64,000 bases of DNA from Octopus vulgaris (GCA_951406725.2 OX597816.1:135408001-135472000), one strand, 5' to 3'; shown: positions 1 through 14,043, counted from the stretch's first letter. Numbers and translations: made by a program. The notes: generated by a model not told the origin, from the letters alone.

Positions 1-1507
1 TGTGTTTGTGCATTTGCGCGCGTGTGCGTATACGTGCGTGTGCATGTGTGCGCGCGCATCGCGCACGCGTAAGAGAGAAAGAGAGACAAATTACGATAAA
101 CACAAATTTTTATTTGATCTTGGTTGTTTGGAACTCTGCACTGAATGTTCCAAGTTTAATTGGATGCATAAATATTAGTGTGTATGTATGTATGTATGTA
201 TGTATGTATGTATGTATGTATGTATGTATGTATGTTTGTATGTATGTATGTATGTAGTGTATGCGAGTGTGTGCAGAGAGTGTGAGAGTCGAACTATGCA
301 CATATTTATATTAACACATCCATAAGCAATCGCATTCATAAGTATGTACTTACGTATAAATCAGTGAATGCGTGTTTGTGTGTGTGTTCATACATATATA
401 CATACAGACGCGTATTTTTGATCTATGATTCTTATATAGACACAGTCTGAGGATCTTTCAAGGATGGGAAACTGTGATATGTTCCCGATGGTGTCCAGGG
501 CATTAATGGCATTGAGTAGAATGAAATAGCGCCAACCAGGAATAAAGGGAAACCAAATTGATGCGAAAGAGACGGTCTGGAGGGATTCAAATCTACACCA
601 CTTGGTTAACGCCCTACCATTGGTTTAAACATAATTTTATTTTGTTTTAATATATTGTAGTTTTTAATTTCTCGTATTTCTTCTGATATTTTTTACTAAT
701 TATTTTGCATTTTGAGAATTAATTTCCCCCAAAACTGTTCTGCTGACGTTTTAATTTGATATGAGTCACATAACTACACTCGGTGCATATTCGCTATTTT
801 GTTTCTTTTTATTTAACTTCTTGGGTATTTTTAGAAGTGGCATTAGTTAGGGAAACTTAATGTATTTTCCATGTGATGCTGTTGTGTGTTTTGGATTGGA
901 ATATATTTAGATATTCGAATCGATTAATTGGGTAGACGCTGTTTAATGTGTGTGGTGGGTATTTGATATAAAAAATATTAATGCAGGCCACCAACATTTC
1001 TGGTGTTGGTTATGAAGGATTTGTCAAATAGCGTGGCGCAAATAATTCCTTGTAGAGGCATTGTCTCTATTCCTTTGGCTCTTACTCATTTCAGGGGCAC
1101 CACCTTGATGGGCTTTGTCGAACAAATCGACCCCAGTATGTATTTTTTAAAAGTCTTGCACTTATTCTATCGGTCTCTTATGTCGAACTGTTAAGTCACG
1201 AGGATGTAAACAAACCAACACCGGTTGCCAAGAGGTATTGAGGACACGCACCATCACCTACGCACACATAGAACGTAAAGAGCCACAAGAAATGCCGCTA
1301 AGCATTGTATCCCTCTCGCCAACGATTCTACAGGCTCGCTGCCATTATGTATGTAATATATATAATGTAAGAAATGTATGTATGTATACCAGTCATGAGC
1401 AACCTGCGGTCCGCGGGACTTTCTTTCTGAATAGTGCGGCTAATGAGATATTGGCTTCAGGTTTTGGCAGAATGCCTGCAATTTCGGGGTATAAGGTAAG
1501 CCGATTA

Positions 1508-1992
1508 CCGTAAATCCTCGAGTATAATCCGCATTTTTTCCCCAAAATTTAAAGGTCAAAATCCCTAGTGCGTACTATACACGAGGTTAAAAATGAAATT
1601 TATTTTCTAAGCAATGTTCGAGACTCTATTTGCTGTCCGGCAAGGTTTATTCAGACGCATTAAGCTAAGCCTGAAAGCAATGAAATCATAAAAGAATCAT
1701 CCATAACTTGCAATAAGCAACATTTATTAAACATTATTACTGTTATTTCTTTATTTTCTGCTAACAAAATGCACAAAAAGGCTACACGTTTGCATTATGT
1801 TATATATACAATAATAATAAAGGACGTTACCGTATACATTTTTACAAACCAAGGATGTTATATAGACCTCCTTGGGTCAAGTTAGAGAAGGGGTGCGTAT
1901 TATACACAAGGTTTAGGTTTTTCAGAGGTACAGCCTTCTAAAAATCCTCTGCGTATTATACTCAAGGGTGGACTATACTCGAAGATTTACGG
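1508..1992. mobile_element. Tc2/pogo-like MITE (485 bp) with TA TSD, inserted in a SINE
   Basis: TIRs CCGTAAATCCTCGAGTATAATCC / GGACTATACTCGAAGATTTACGG, with TA on both sides. Subterminal repeats GCGTAYTATACWCRAGG occur at about 1570, 1895 and 1951. Confidence 0.88.
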
Positions 1993-2444
1993 TACATCAA
2001 CCCGGGTACTCAGCAAGTACTTATTTTATTGACTCCGAAAAGATAAAATGCAAAGCTGACCTCAGCGGAATTTGAACTCAGAACGTAAAAACAAACGAAA
2101 TGCCGCTAAGCATTATGCTACCAACACGCCGCCTTTCGCCAAACGAAATATCGGTTTCAAATTTTGGCACAAGGGCAGCAATTTTGAGGGATTGGATAAG
2201 TCAGTTACGTTGACCTCAGTACTCAACTGGTACATATTTTATTGACCCCCGAGATAATGAAAGGCAATGTCGACCTCGGCGGAATTTGAACTCAGAACAC
2301 GAAGACAGACATGGCTCTGCCAGCTCGACGCCTTCTTATGCCTAACGAAATATTACCTTCAGTGTTTTAACAGTTGACCTGCCTAATGACGATCGATTCT
2401 CATAAAAGGCTGTCCATGACTGTTGTATACACACGAGCGCGCGC

Positions 2445-2511
<67 letters not shown>

Positions 2512-2727
2512 TATATCTGTATGTGCCGGGTAGAGAAACTGCACTCACGTAGTAAATGACTTTAGAAATGTTATGGACGTAATGACGCCCTTTCGTCCCA
2601 TCCTACTTCCTTGGAATAAAGAGAGAGCTAATTAACCAATCGAGCAATAGATACTGTTATTATATTATTGGTGGGCAGGATGTATAAATATATTTATATA
2701 AATATTTATCTTTCTGTATATAAGTAA

Positions 2728-2771
<44 letters not shown>

Positions 2772-2787
2772 CCCTTTCTCTCCTTCC

Positions 2788-2848
<61 letters not shown>

Positions 2849-3988
2849 GCTCATAGATATAAATAGATAGATGTACAACAGCTAACACCTGACATCTGGT
2901 TATTCGAATTTCTCCTTTCCGATCAGAAGATTGGACTTCGTTTCCAGTTTTGTACTCGGAAACATGAAATTTTTTAATTATGTATGCATATATACATCGA
3001 TATGTATTATCGATTTGTATGTGTATACGCACGTATAGATATATGTGTGTGTATGTGCATGTGCAGTTTTAGGTAAATATACCCTAATTACCAGACCGTA
3101 TAGTCACTAGTATACAAAAATGCAGGATAGCCACGGCTAGAGTGGATCAGGTCCATTCGATCAGAGCCAACTAGAGCTAAGCAACAAAAACGACTATAGT
3201 ATATCCACATAACATTTCTTAGTTTGCTTTCTGAATCACTCGGTGTCATTTATTATATATGTAAGAAAAGCATTTCAACAAATCGCAAGAAGGCCTTACA
3301 ACAATCATATCTTCTTTCGCCCTTTTCAAGCCTAGCCAGGCTCATGGGCCCGGTTTCCCGGTTTCTGTGGCGTATGTGTTCCACCCAGCTGAACGGGATG
3401 CTAGTCCATCGCAGCGTTACTCAAGCAACAGGAAGAGAGAGTGAGAGAAAATTGTGGCGAAAGAGTACAACAGGGGTCACCCCCACAACACCCCCCACCC
3501 CACCCCCACTCCCGCCGGAGTCTTGTGGAGCTTTCAGGTGTTTTCGCTCAAGAAACACACACAACGCCCGGTCTGGGACTCGAAACCGCAATCCTCCGAC
3601 CGCGAGTCCGCTGCCCTAACCACTGGGCCACTGCGCCTCCACCTTTATAACAATAATAGGCCTTATAACGATAATAGACGTTATAACAATAACAGACCTT
3701 ATAACAATAACAACTAACCCCTTCTATATCTCTTACAGTAAGATCGTTATACAGGCACACAGTAACCCCAACATATACAGACGGCAAGAATACATACTAA
3801 TAAACATAAATACCAAGCTTCTCGATGGTCGCTCGAACTACTAAATACAGCAGCGAAGTTACACTCAAATTTCATACAACTAGAAAGAAAGGACACTTTG
3901 GATCGTGTAGTCACCAATAGGATGACCACAGCTAATTTGACTTTTGTTATAGGTCTTCTCCATCGGAGATTACCTTGGGCTAAACAAC

Positions 3989-4312
3989 AAAATAAGCAAC
4001 AAGGATATCCAGAGGTAATGCGGTACTATCATTCCATGCAGCTCCAATTAAATTGAACAATGCATCAATTTAAAATGTAGAGCAATCTTCAGCTGCACAA
4101 AGACATAGAATTAGAAATAGAACAGATGGACACATTAGTATACTATTATTATACTAATGTATTCATCTGTTCTATTTTAATTAAATTCTATGTCTTGCAG
4201 CTGAAGATTGCTCGACATTTTAAATTGATGTAATGATTGCATTGTTCAATTAAATGGTGTTGCATGAAACGTTCGTACTGCATTACCTCTAGATATCCTT
4301 GCTGCTTATTTT
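3989..4312. repeat. Diverged long inverted repeat (arms about 155 bp)
   Basis: AAAATAAGCAACAAGGATATCCAGAGGTAATGC...CATTAGTATA is inverted against TATACTAATG...GCATTACCTCTAGATATCCTTGCTGCTTATTTT. Confidence 0.9.
4196..4282 (+). ncRNA. Type-I hammerhead ribozyme motif with long stem II
   Basis: TGCAG-CTGAAGA-TTGC...GCAT-GAAA-CGTTCG-TA-CTGCA. Confidence 0.62.
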
Positions 4313-4402
4313 GATTTTAATCACCTTACTTTGAAATTGTATGGATAATACCGTACTAAATTCGGGTGCCTCAACTTAAGTACCATATTCATCTGAATCT
4401 AA

Positions 4403-4485
<83 letters not shown>

Positions 4486-4882
4486 TATATATTATCATTA
4501 TTATTATTATTATTATTATTGTTGTTGTTGTTGTTATTGTTATTATTGTTGTTATTATTATTATCATTATTATTAACATACATTAACAAGTATGTATGTA
4601 TGTACGGACGGATGGTTGGATGGATGGATATGTGCATATACGTATATTTTTATGTGTATATAGGGGAGCTTAACATAGCAAAAATTTACTTCTTTCAATG
4701 CTAATTCTCCACAATTTCACATGGCTGTTGTAAAAATCTTTGGTTCTAATTATAATAGACCTGAAGGAAATACGTTCTTTTCTGAACGAAAACAGGAAAC
4801 GATGGAAAGAGGAAGTTAAGTGTTAATTGATAAAAAGAATCATAAACGAAAATATACAGGCCAAAATGAATTCCAGTTTTAG

Positions 4883-4929
<47 letters not shown>

Positions 4930-5030
4930 TGTGTCTGTGTCTGTGTGTGTCTGTGTGTGTGTGTGTGTGCATGCGTGTGCGCGCGCGTGTGTGTGTGTGT
5001 GTGTGAGTGTGTGTGTGTGCATGCGTGTGC

Positions 5031-5066
<36 letters not shown>

Positions 5067-5226
5067 GTGTGTGTGTTCGAATCTCGACTTTCCCTCCATC
5101 GCTTGTTTGGGTTTACCGTTTCCGTTTTTGAAACAATTTTGCAAAACTCACTCAATAAATTGTATTAAATGCATTGAGTAATATTTTCCTCCTGTTTATA
5201 ATTTGAAACATATACGAGTACGCACA

Positions 5227-5259
<33 letters not shown>

Positions 5260-5776
5260 GATTCAATTATAATAGTTGATTGCCTGTCATCCTTTTTGGA
5301 ATTGATGAAATAAGTATCAATCAAGTAATCGACTATCCCCTTCCCTCAAAATTTCAAGCTTTATGCCTATGGTTGAAAGGATTCAGGTAAAATGCTTAGC
5401 GGCATTTCGTCTGTCTTTATGTTCTGAGTTCAAATTCTGCCGACGTCGACTTTGCCTTTCATCCTTCCAGGGTCGATAAATTAAGCACCAGTTGCGTACT
5501 AGGATCGATCTAATCGACTGGTCTTCTTCTATAAAATTTCAGGCCTTATGCCTATATTAGAAAGGATTATCATCATTATTGTTGTTGTTGTTGTTGCTGT
5601 AGTTGTTATTATTATTATGATTATACTCTACTCCTTATACTGGATACTTTGTTCTTTAGTTTCTATATACTATCATGTATTCATTTTACGTATGCCTTTA
5701 TACGCTCGCATGTGTGTGAGAGTGTATAGTAATATTCATCCATATATATATATGCGCGCGCGCGCGTGTGTGTATG

Positions 5777-5817
<41 letters not shown>

Positions 5818-6074
5818 GGTTTTCAAAATGTAACCACAAGTGAACCGTTGACGATTTTCTTCCTCCCCCTTCCCTTCTATTGGACTGTTTCCGAAGAAGA
5901 GCGTCTGCTCAAAACGTTAAACCATCTTTCTTTCCTTCCCTGAGCGTCTGCTAATACTTTACATGTACCACGTCCTCGCGTTGTTGCTTTGTGTGTGTGT
6001 GTGTGTGTCTTTGTTCTTCTTTTTTGGATATCAAATGAAAGACGGAAGATGAAATATACGAAAATTTATTATTA

Positions 6075-6161
6075 ATCACGACAATTGTTTCGATATTTCT
6101 AGCATCGATTCATCTAGAAATATTCATGAACAACTGGTTCAGATGTATCTCATCGGGTGAT
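6075..6161 (-). ncRNA. Type-I hammerhead ribozyme motif, CCGAUGA core variant
   Basis: On -: ATCAC-CCGATGA-GATA...TATC-GAAA-CAATTG-TC-GTGAT. Confidence 0.62.
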
Positions 6162-7227
6162 AAATAAATACAACTCGTTAAAATGCCTGTTCCGGAATGT
6201 AACATTTAGTTTTGCAGAGAGAAAAGCAGCAAGATATTACAAGAAAAAAAAAACAATAAGCGGAACGAAATTCGTGTTAGAAAGCATACAGATCAAACCC
6301 AAATGGAAAAGAACAAGCCTAGTTTAATTATTCCATCGGACTTGGATCTCTTGAACTGGTCCCTTTTAGCCAGTGACTAAAAAGTTCACCCCAGTATGTA
6401 TGATTACTGAGTGTAAAGGCCTACCTGAACTTTACCAGTTAGGAGCCTACCTGAACTTTACCTATTAGGGGCCTACCTAAACTTTCATTCCGTCCTCATA
6501 AACGCAGATATACTTTAGCAAAGTGGTCTACTGCACAATCAGTATGGGGGTCAGCTCTACCCCTCGGTGATTTTATAGTGTTAATTATCCATCACGGTTG
6601 GTCTTTCCAATAAGTTTTGCGTGAAATTATATAATGGAGTGTTAGACAACAAACCAGTTATATAATATACGCTCGTCAGAGATAGCCGACATGGAGGGGG
6701 AAATGGCGACCGCTCATACACACGCACATGCAACACACACACACACAAGCCTATACACGTACATGTATGAAGAGGACAACACATGGGTTTCAAATCATTC
6801 CTTCCTCACTCCTCCAATTCTACTCCCCCACTTCTATCCCTCTGCCTGTACCCTACTTTGCCCTTACCCCTACAACCTCCCTAAAATCAATCAAATGTAC
6901 TGGTTTAGACTTTTTAGTCACTGGTTAAAACAAGTAACCAATGCAAATGACATAACTCCGATGGACTAATTTTGCCAGTTGCGTTCTTTTCTTTTGGGGT
7001 TTGGTCTGTGTGCTTTCATCCATGAATTTCATTCTGATTTTTTTACAACTCTGAAACCTATAAACTGGATGTGATGCTTTCAAACCTCCAATGGCAAAGA
7101 GCCCGTCCTATATTGTTCTATTTAGCCATTTCTGGTAAATTGCTGGATTTACATCGCCATATCTGGCATTAAGCCATTTAGTAATCTGTCTATCATGAAA
7201 AAATAATAGCGATTATTATTATTAATA

Positions 7228-7304
<77 letters not shown>

Positions 7305-7833
7305 GCTGTTGTTTTTGTTGTTACAGTTATAACACACACATACACATATATAATGCATTATTAGATGTATATTACTATAATGTACTATAGAACATACAGA
7401 GCCAACATATGGCGGTGCCCCAGCAAAATGGCGGTGCCCCAGCATGGCCACAGCTCATGAGCTGAAACTAGAATCAATCAATCAATCATATAGTGATACG
7501 GTGATTGGAAATAATACGTCTGTAAAATATGTTTGAACATATTGTTTAGACTTTATTGTTTACAATCGTCCTAACAATGTTAGCCAGTAGATCGAGCCAT
7601 ATGTGTATGCTGAGCCACCGACATTATTTATTTATATACATATATACATTACAGTTGCATTCATATGTACGCACTCACATATACTTGCATCTCTCCCTCT
7701 CTCTCTCTCTCTCTCTCCTTTCTCTCTCTCCTCTCTCTCTCTCTATTTTTCTCTATTTCTTTCTCTCGTTTTTGATATTAAAGTATTTGATTAATTACTA
7801 TTTTATTCAATCGACTACTTTAAATTATATATG

Positions 7834-7978
<145 letters not shown>

Positions 7979-8203
7979 GCGCAATGGCCTAGTGGTTAGG
8001 GCAGCGGACTCGCGGTCGCAGGATCGCGGTTTCGATTCTCAGACCGGGCGTTGTGTGTGTTTATTGAGCGAAAACACCTAAAAGCTCTACGAGGCTCCGG
8101 CAGGGGGTGGTGATCCCTGCTGTACTCTTTCACCACAATGGCGGTGCCCCAGCATGGCCACAGCTGAAACTGGAAAAACAAAAAACAAACAAATATATAT
8201 ATG

Positions 8204-8253
<50 letters not shown>

Positions 8254-8697
8254 TGTGTGCCCGCGCACACACACACATATCCATGCGTGCGTATGTTTGT
8301 GTTTGTCCACCACCACCTCTTGACAACTGTAACTTAGCAGTTCAGCAAAAGGGAACCGATTGAATAAGTGGAAGGCTTAATAAAATATTGGGTTCCATTT
8401 ACAAATCATTCTTCCTCTCTCTCCTCCATTGTTTTTCTCCCGTTCGTGTTTGAATTCACTACATCCTAGTCTGGCACCTCGCTTGCTATTCGCAGAATCG
8501 TTACTGCACCAGACAAAATCCTTAGCTGCACTTCTTCCAGTTCTTTATGTTCTGAGTTGAAATTCCGCCGAGATCGACTTTGCCGTTTATCCTTTCCGGG
8601 TTGATAAAATAAGTACCAGTTGAGCGCTGGGTTTGATGTAATCGACTTACACCCTCCCCCAAAATTGCTGGCCTTGCACCAAAAACTGAAACTGTTA

Positions 8698-8792
<95 letters not shown>

Positions 8793-9599
8793 GGTGGTGG
8801 TGGTGGTGGTGGTGGTGGTGGTGGTGGTGGTGGTGGTGGTAGTAGTAGTAGTAGTAGTACTTAGTAGTAGAAGTAGTGGTAGCAGTATTAGTATTATTAT
8901 TAAGACGGGGAGCTGGCACCATCGTTAGCACGCCGGACAAATTGTTTAGAAGTATATCTTCCGGCTTTACATATGGAGTTCAAATGCCACCAAGGTCGAC
9001 TTTACCTGCTAAATTAAGAGTCACCAATCATCCCTGGAACTTATAATATCGCATCGGTATCACTACATCTGGGAAAAAATTATTTTCCCAAACGAAAACA
9101 CAAAATTCCCTATAAGACTCAGCAAGGAGAGCATTTTATCCAATACATTTTTATAAGGTTTTCTTATACTTTTAGATGTTTACAAGCGTGCGTTCGGCCT
9201 ACAATATGTGTGCTGGAGGTAGGGATGTGCATTAAGAAAATCCGTGAAAAGTTAGCGGTGTAATTCATATGCTTGTGAGAATCAAACTCTTTTTTGGTCA
9301 CATTTGTATGAATGAGAAAAGTTGCTTGTAGAGAAGGAAGCGCAAACGTGAAAGATAATTTGACAGAACAGAGATACAGGAAATTGATTCCTTGTTCGAT
9401 TAAATGTGTCTAGCTGAAAAGAGAAAAAAAGAAAGAGGATAGACCGACCGATCCCGTTGTTTCTTGCTCTGACTGAATTCTTCAGGAAGAAAAGGTGTGG
9501 TAAACAGCTTTGAGTCCTGTTTATGTAACCGGTCTTTTCAGCATTCTGAAAGAGTTTTGTGGAAAGTAGAGTATGGACACATTTGAATTTGTTTCATAA

Positions 9600-10032
9600 A
9601 GCTAGAGTAGGGCTGAGAGATGCTGCCCTCTCATTAGCGCAATAAAGTGGTGAACGACCTGAACATTAGTTTCAAGGTTCGTCCAAGGCTGGGATCACGG
9701 GCCATATATCCCCTGCCCAATTCAGGATCACAGCATATAGGTACACTGCGACATAATTTCTTTTCCTCAACAGGCCCTACCCTGTTTAACATTATCCCGA
9801 AAGAGATCAAAGAGGAAAAGGATTCCATCGCCTTTAAACAGAGTCGGGACAGATTTCTTCAAGGAATACCGGATAAGCCACCCATACCTGGATACAACTC
9901 ACTACTTGAATGAACCATAAACAAAACTTGACTTAAACAGGATTTAAATAATCTTATCAGGTGTTGCTATTAAGTTAGACATGGCCTGGACCAATCTTTG
10001 GTCGAAACATATCTAAGTTTATCTAAGTTTAA
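9600..10032 (+). mobile_element. 3' end of a related CR1/L2-group LINE
   Basis: The ORF end GPTLFNIIPKEIK...FKQSRDRFLQGIPDKPPIPGY is the typical post-RT C-terminus. It finishes in a tandem tail, ATCTAAGTTT x2. Confidence 0.75.
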
Positions 10033-11156
10033 CAACTGTGAACGAATAAAAATTTATTTGATTGCATAAGGGTCACTACAAAATTATGTACTCTTTGTGT
10101 GTGTGTATGTTTGAATTTTTTTTTCTTTATATCTATCTTTGTTACGAAGCCCAAATTTCGTTGATTTACTCCACGTCAATGCAGAAACGGTATTTATTTT
10201 AGTGAGCAAGGAAAGCTGAAATGAAAACTCGATCCTATTAGGATTTTGACACGGAAAGATGTTCAAATAAACATAATGTTATGATTTTCTGCCTCTGTTA
10301 GTACATGTCTGTTATGCTCTGCACACACATAAGTATTTATACACGCGAACGCACGCGCTAATGTACAAACATAAACATATGTTTGACATTCTATAATTTC
10401 AACATAAGCGCGTTTTTGACTATGAGAAGTGTAAATGTATCAGTGTATACATCATGTATAGGTATCAAAATGTGGGGCAGCACGCAAATTTAAGTCTTTC
10501 TTAAACGGGGTATAAGGGATAAAAGGGTAAAAAGAGGAAGAATAGTGATGAAGGTAGCTTATTAGGTAGAAGACGAACGAAATCTATAGAGATGTGAAGA
10601 AACGACCGAGAAACGAATGAACTACCTGGCGCAAGCATGGCTGTGTGGTAAAAAAAATATTCGCTTCCCAACGACATGGGTTCGAGTTCAGTTCCTCCGC
10701 CTGGCACCATGGGCAAGTGCCTTCTAATTTAACCCGGGATTGACCAAAGCCTTGCGTACGTGCGTGCGTGTATGTGTGTGTGTGTGTATGTGTGTCTGTT
10801 ACCCTCCACTGCTTGACAATTGATGTTGGTTTGCTTACGTCCCCGTAACTTAGTGCTTTAGCTAAAGAGAAAGATCTGATAAGTGTCAGGCTTTGAAACT
10901 AAGTACCTGAGTCGATTTATTCGACCAAAGCCCATCAAGGTGCAGTCCAATGACTTCAACAAGTAAAAGACAAAAAAATAACACTATACTTCTGGATGTC
11001 TAGGGTCCCCTTCACTCATGAGTGGCCATGGATTTCTACACCAAGTTCCTTTCCAAGTTGGAGACGAAAGCAAAGTTTTGTTTTGTTTTGTGAAAGACTA
11101 ACAGTTACCGATGTATGAAAGTTTCCTATTACTGCAGTTCAAAAGAAACGCAAAGA

Positions 11157-11857
11157 CGATGGCGGCTCGTATATAGGAACTGTGGAACTGCAGCACCCCC
11201 CCCCCCCCATTTCCACTCGATATTATCGATAACATTCAATATAATGAGTCCTTTTTTCTTTAATTCTTTCTTTATACTTGTACATTATATAATCCTTAAG
11301 TTTAATGTTAGTAGCCATCCTCTAGTTTATGAAAAAAATATATAAAAATTCCTTGTATAAAACTGTGCGCTTCACAGTTCCAGCAACCCGGTGTTTGGCT
11401 GTTGTGCGTATGCTCACATGTCCGAGATAGGAAGCTTCACACAAAGGAGAGAGAGAGCACTGCGTGAACGACAGTGCCGGGTGAAAGGTAGTGTTTCTTT
11501 TCGACTCCGCGTGTGTTGTGCTTAAAAATGTGTTTATATTCTTAAATGTGATAAAGTGTAGAATTAGATTAGTATCCTGCTTCCAGTTTCAGTGTTGCTG
11601 CAGGATTTGAAAAATAGGGCACATTTTCCCCTTATTTTGTGATCTAGTGGGGATTTTTGGAAAACAAGGGGGAATTCGCGGTGATATTCAGTGAACAAAT
11701 TAAACACACTACTCGGCAGTGGCTAAAACGCGAACTGATCAAGTTTATGTATAAATTTTCTTTCTATGTGTTTGTTTCCTTTTACTCAATATTAAAACAA
11801 CGGCTAAAAATTTTCTGAAGTAGCATCCCCACTAATTTTATCTACGAGCCACCACTG
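11157..11857. mobile_element. hAT-like non-autonomous element (about 700 bp)
   Basis: Imperfect TIRs (CGAT)GGCGGCTCGTATATA / TATCTACGAGCCACCACTG. No clean TSD is visible. Confidence 0.6.
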
Positions 11858-12433
11858 GTTACGGTTGTTTACCATCAGAAGACAAAGAGCCGAAAGAGAA
11901 ATCTGGAGGTCTCCTATCCGACGTTCTAACATTTCTGACCCTACATTGATCTCCTGGGAAGGTACTTTTTCATCGTCTCAGAAAGAACGAAAAGCACAGC
12001 TAACTTCCGCAGGATTTGAACGCAGAAAGCTGAAACTACCTAAGACTCTCACGACTCAGTCACTTCGATGCTATATTTCTGATAGTAGAGAGGATATTTA
12101 ATTGAAAAACACTTTTTCAAATAAATAAGTAAAAATGAAAAAAAAGGTCGCTAGACCCAATCACCCATTGCTGGATATATGTAGCAAGAAATTTAATGTG
12201 AAAAATAAATATCTATCCGAGATAACGAATTGGTAGAGCACCGGAATGAATGCGTTGCGCTATTTAGTTATGTTTTTAACGTTCTTAAATTCTGAGTTCA
12301 AATCATGCCGAGCTTATCTTTAGCTTTCACCCCGCCCCGGGAGCGATTTTAATAAGTATCACTTTCGTACGAAGGGACGGTTCAACCGATTATATTCATC
12401 CTCCTAATTGGAAAACGTCTAACCTCGCACAAG

Positions 12434-12475
<42 letters not shown>

Positions 12476-12539
12476 TCACTCGCTCACTCACTCACACATA
12501 TTTATACAGTGTGCGTGCAGTTAGATATATGGCTACGGT

Positions 12540-12925
12540 GGAGGCGCAATGGCCCAGTGGTTAGGGCAGCGGATTCGCGGTCGTAGGATCGTGGTTTCGA
12601 TTCCCAGACCGGGCGTTGTGAGTGTTTATTGAGCGAAAACACCTAAAGCTCCACGAGGCTCCGGCAGGGGATGGTGGTGATCCCTGCTGTACTCTTTCAC
12701 CACAACTTTCCCTCACTCTTACTTCCTGTTTCTGTTGTACCTGTATTTCAAAGGGCCAGCCTTGTCACTCTCTGTGTCACGCTGAATATCCCCGAGAACT
12801 ACGTTAAGGGTACACGTGTCTGTGGAGTGCTCAGCCACTTACACGTTAATTTCACGAGCAGGCTGTTCCGTTGATTCGGATCAACCGGAACCCTCGTCGT
12901 CGTAACCGACGGAGTGCTTCCATCC
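12540..12925 (+). mobile_element. Full-length tRNA-derived SINE; related copies at 3320-3640(-), 7977-8137(+), 43840-44128(-)
   Basis: Pol III A box (TGGCCCAGTGG) and B box (GGTTTCGATTCC) in a tRNA-like head; multiple near-identical copies in the window. Confidence 0.85.
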
Positions 12926-13162
12926 ATACGGCTACGACTATATATGAGTACAGCTTCGCGTAGATTATCATCATCCAGTCATCTTTCAGTATAGTAGCTG
13001 TTTCAGAATGCCATAAAGTATTCCCTTGATGACCCATTACGGTTAGGCATCCAACGGCACTTGAAATATCCAATGCCGAGTTCCAAATAACCCGAATGGC
13101 GAAACGTACGTAGGAACTAAATATTTATACTGGTGTTTATCTTAATTTTCCACTATATATAC

Positions 13163-13258
<96 letters not shown>

Positions 13259-14004
13259 GTGTGTGTGTACGCGCGCGCGCGTGTATATACTGCTATGTAT
13301 AATATATACACATGTACACACGCACACACATATACGTGTGAGTACATCTATATATAATGAGTGTGTGTGCATGTGCATGTTTGTATATGTGCATATATAC
13401 GCACATTAACATAGCATAATTTGTATATACATACATGTATATGAATGATTATGAAAAATGTTTGCAAGAAAAATTCCTGCACTACAAAACACGAAACTTA
13501 GTACCTGAATTATGTACCTGAATGAAATAGGCAATAACGAAAGTATAACGTTTACAGACGGTATTCTATATGGACTATCAAGAGAATTTGACGCCTGCCT
13601 AAAGATAGGTTCTGCAGCTAAAAGATTTATAAATATCCTTGGCAAACGTAAATATTCTCTATCTACCACAGATGCTAGCGATGCTATTGTAACTTTCTAT
13701 ATTTACCTTTATCTTTACTGATTAGTCTCGTTCTCCTCTGCCATTCTACCCAATATCTTGGTTAAGTGCGCCTTTATTCACGCAACGAAGAAATTAACGG
13801 ACTCCTGTTTACAGTACGCTGACTGATATTTTAGTTGGTTTTTGCGGATCTATTTATTTTCCTTTTTTTTTTGTTTTTGTAAATACTGTTGTTTATATCT
13901 GTTCGATGCACGAATAACGCATACACACACAAATACACATTCATACATAGATACATACATACATACATACATACATACATACATACATACATACATACAT
14001 ACAT

Positions 14005-14043
<39 letters not shown>

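Noticed and set aside
440-476. CACAGT-CTGAGGA...ACTGTG hammerhead-like hairpin
   Set aside because: There is no room for GAAA, stem III and UH between stem II and stem I; at best an unprovable relic.
520-1000. Possible decayed Penelope RT fragment on the minus strand
   Set aside because: Only vague peptide resemblance through many stops; it needs BLASTX.
12540-12612. tRNA-like sequences (also 3570-3640, 7977-8050, 44387-44460)
   Set aside because: They are SINE heads: poor cloverleaf pairing, and they continue into repeated SINE bodies.
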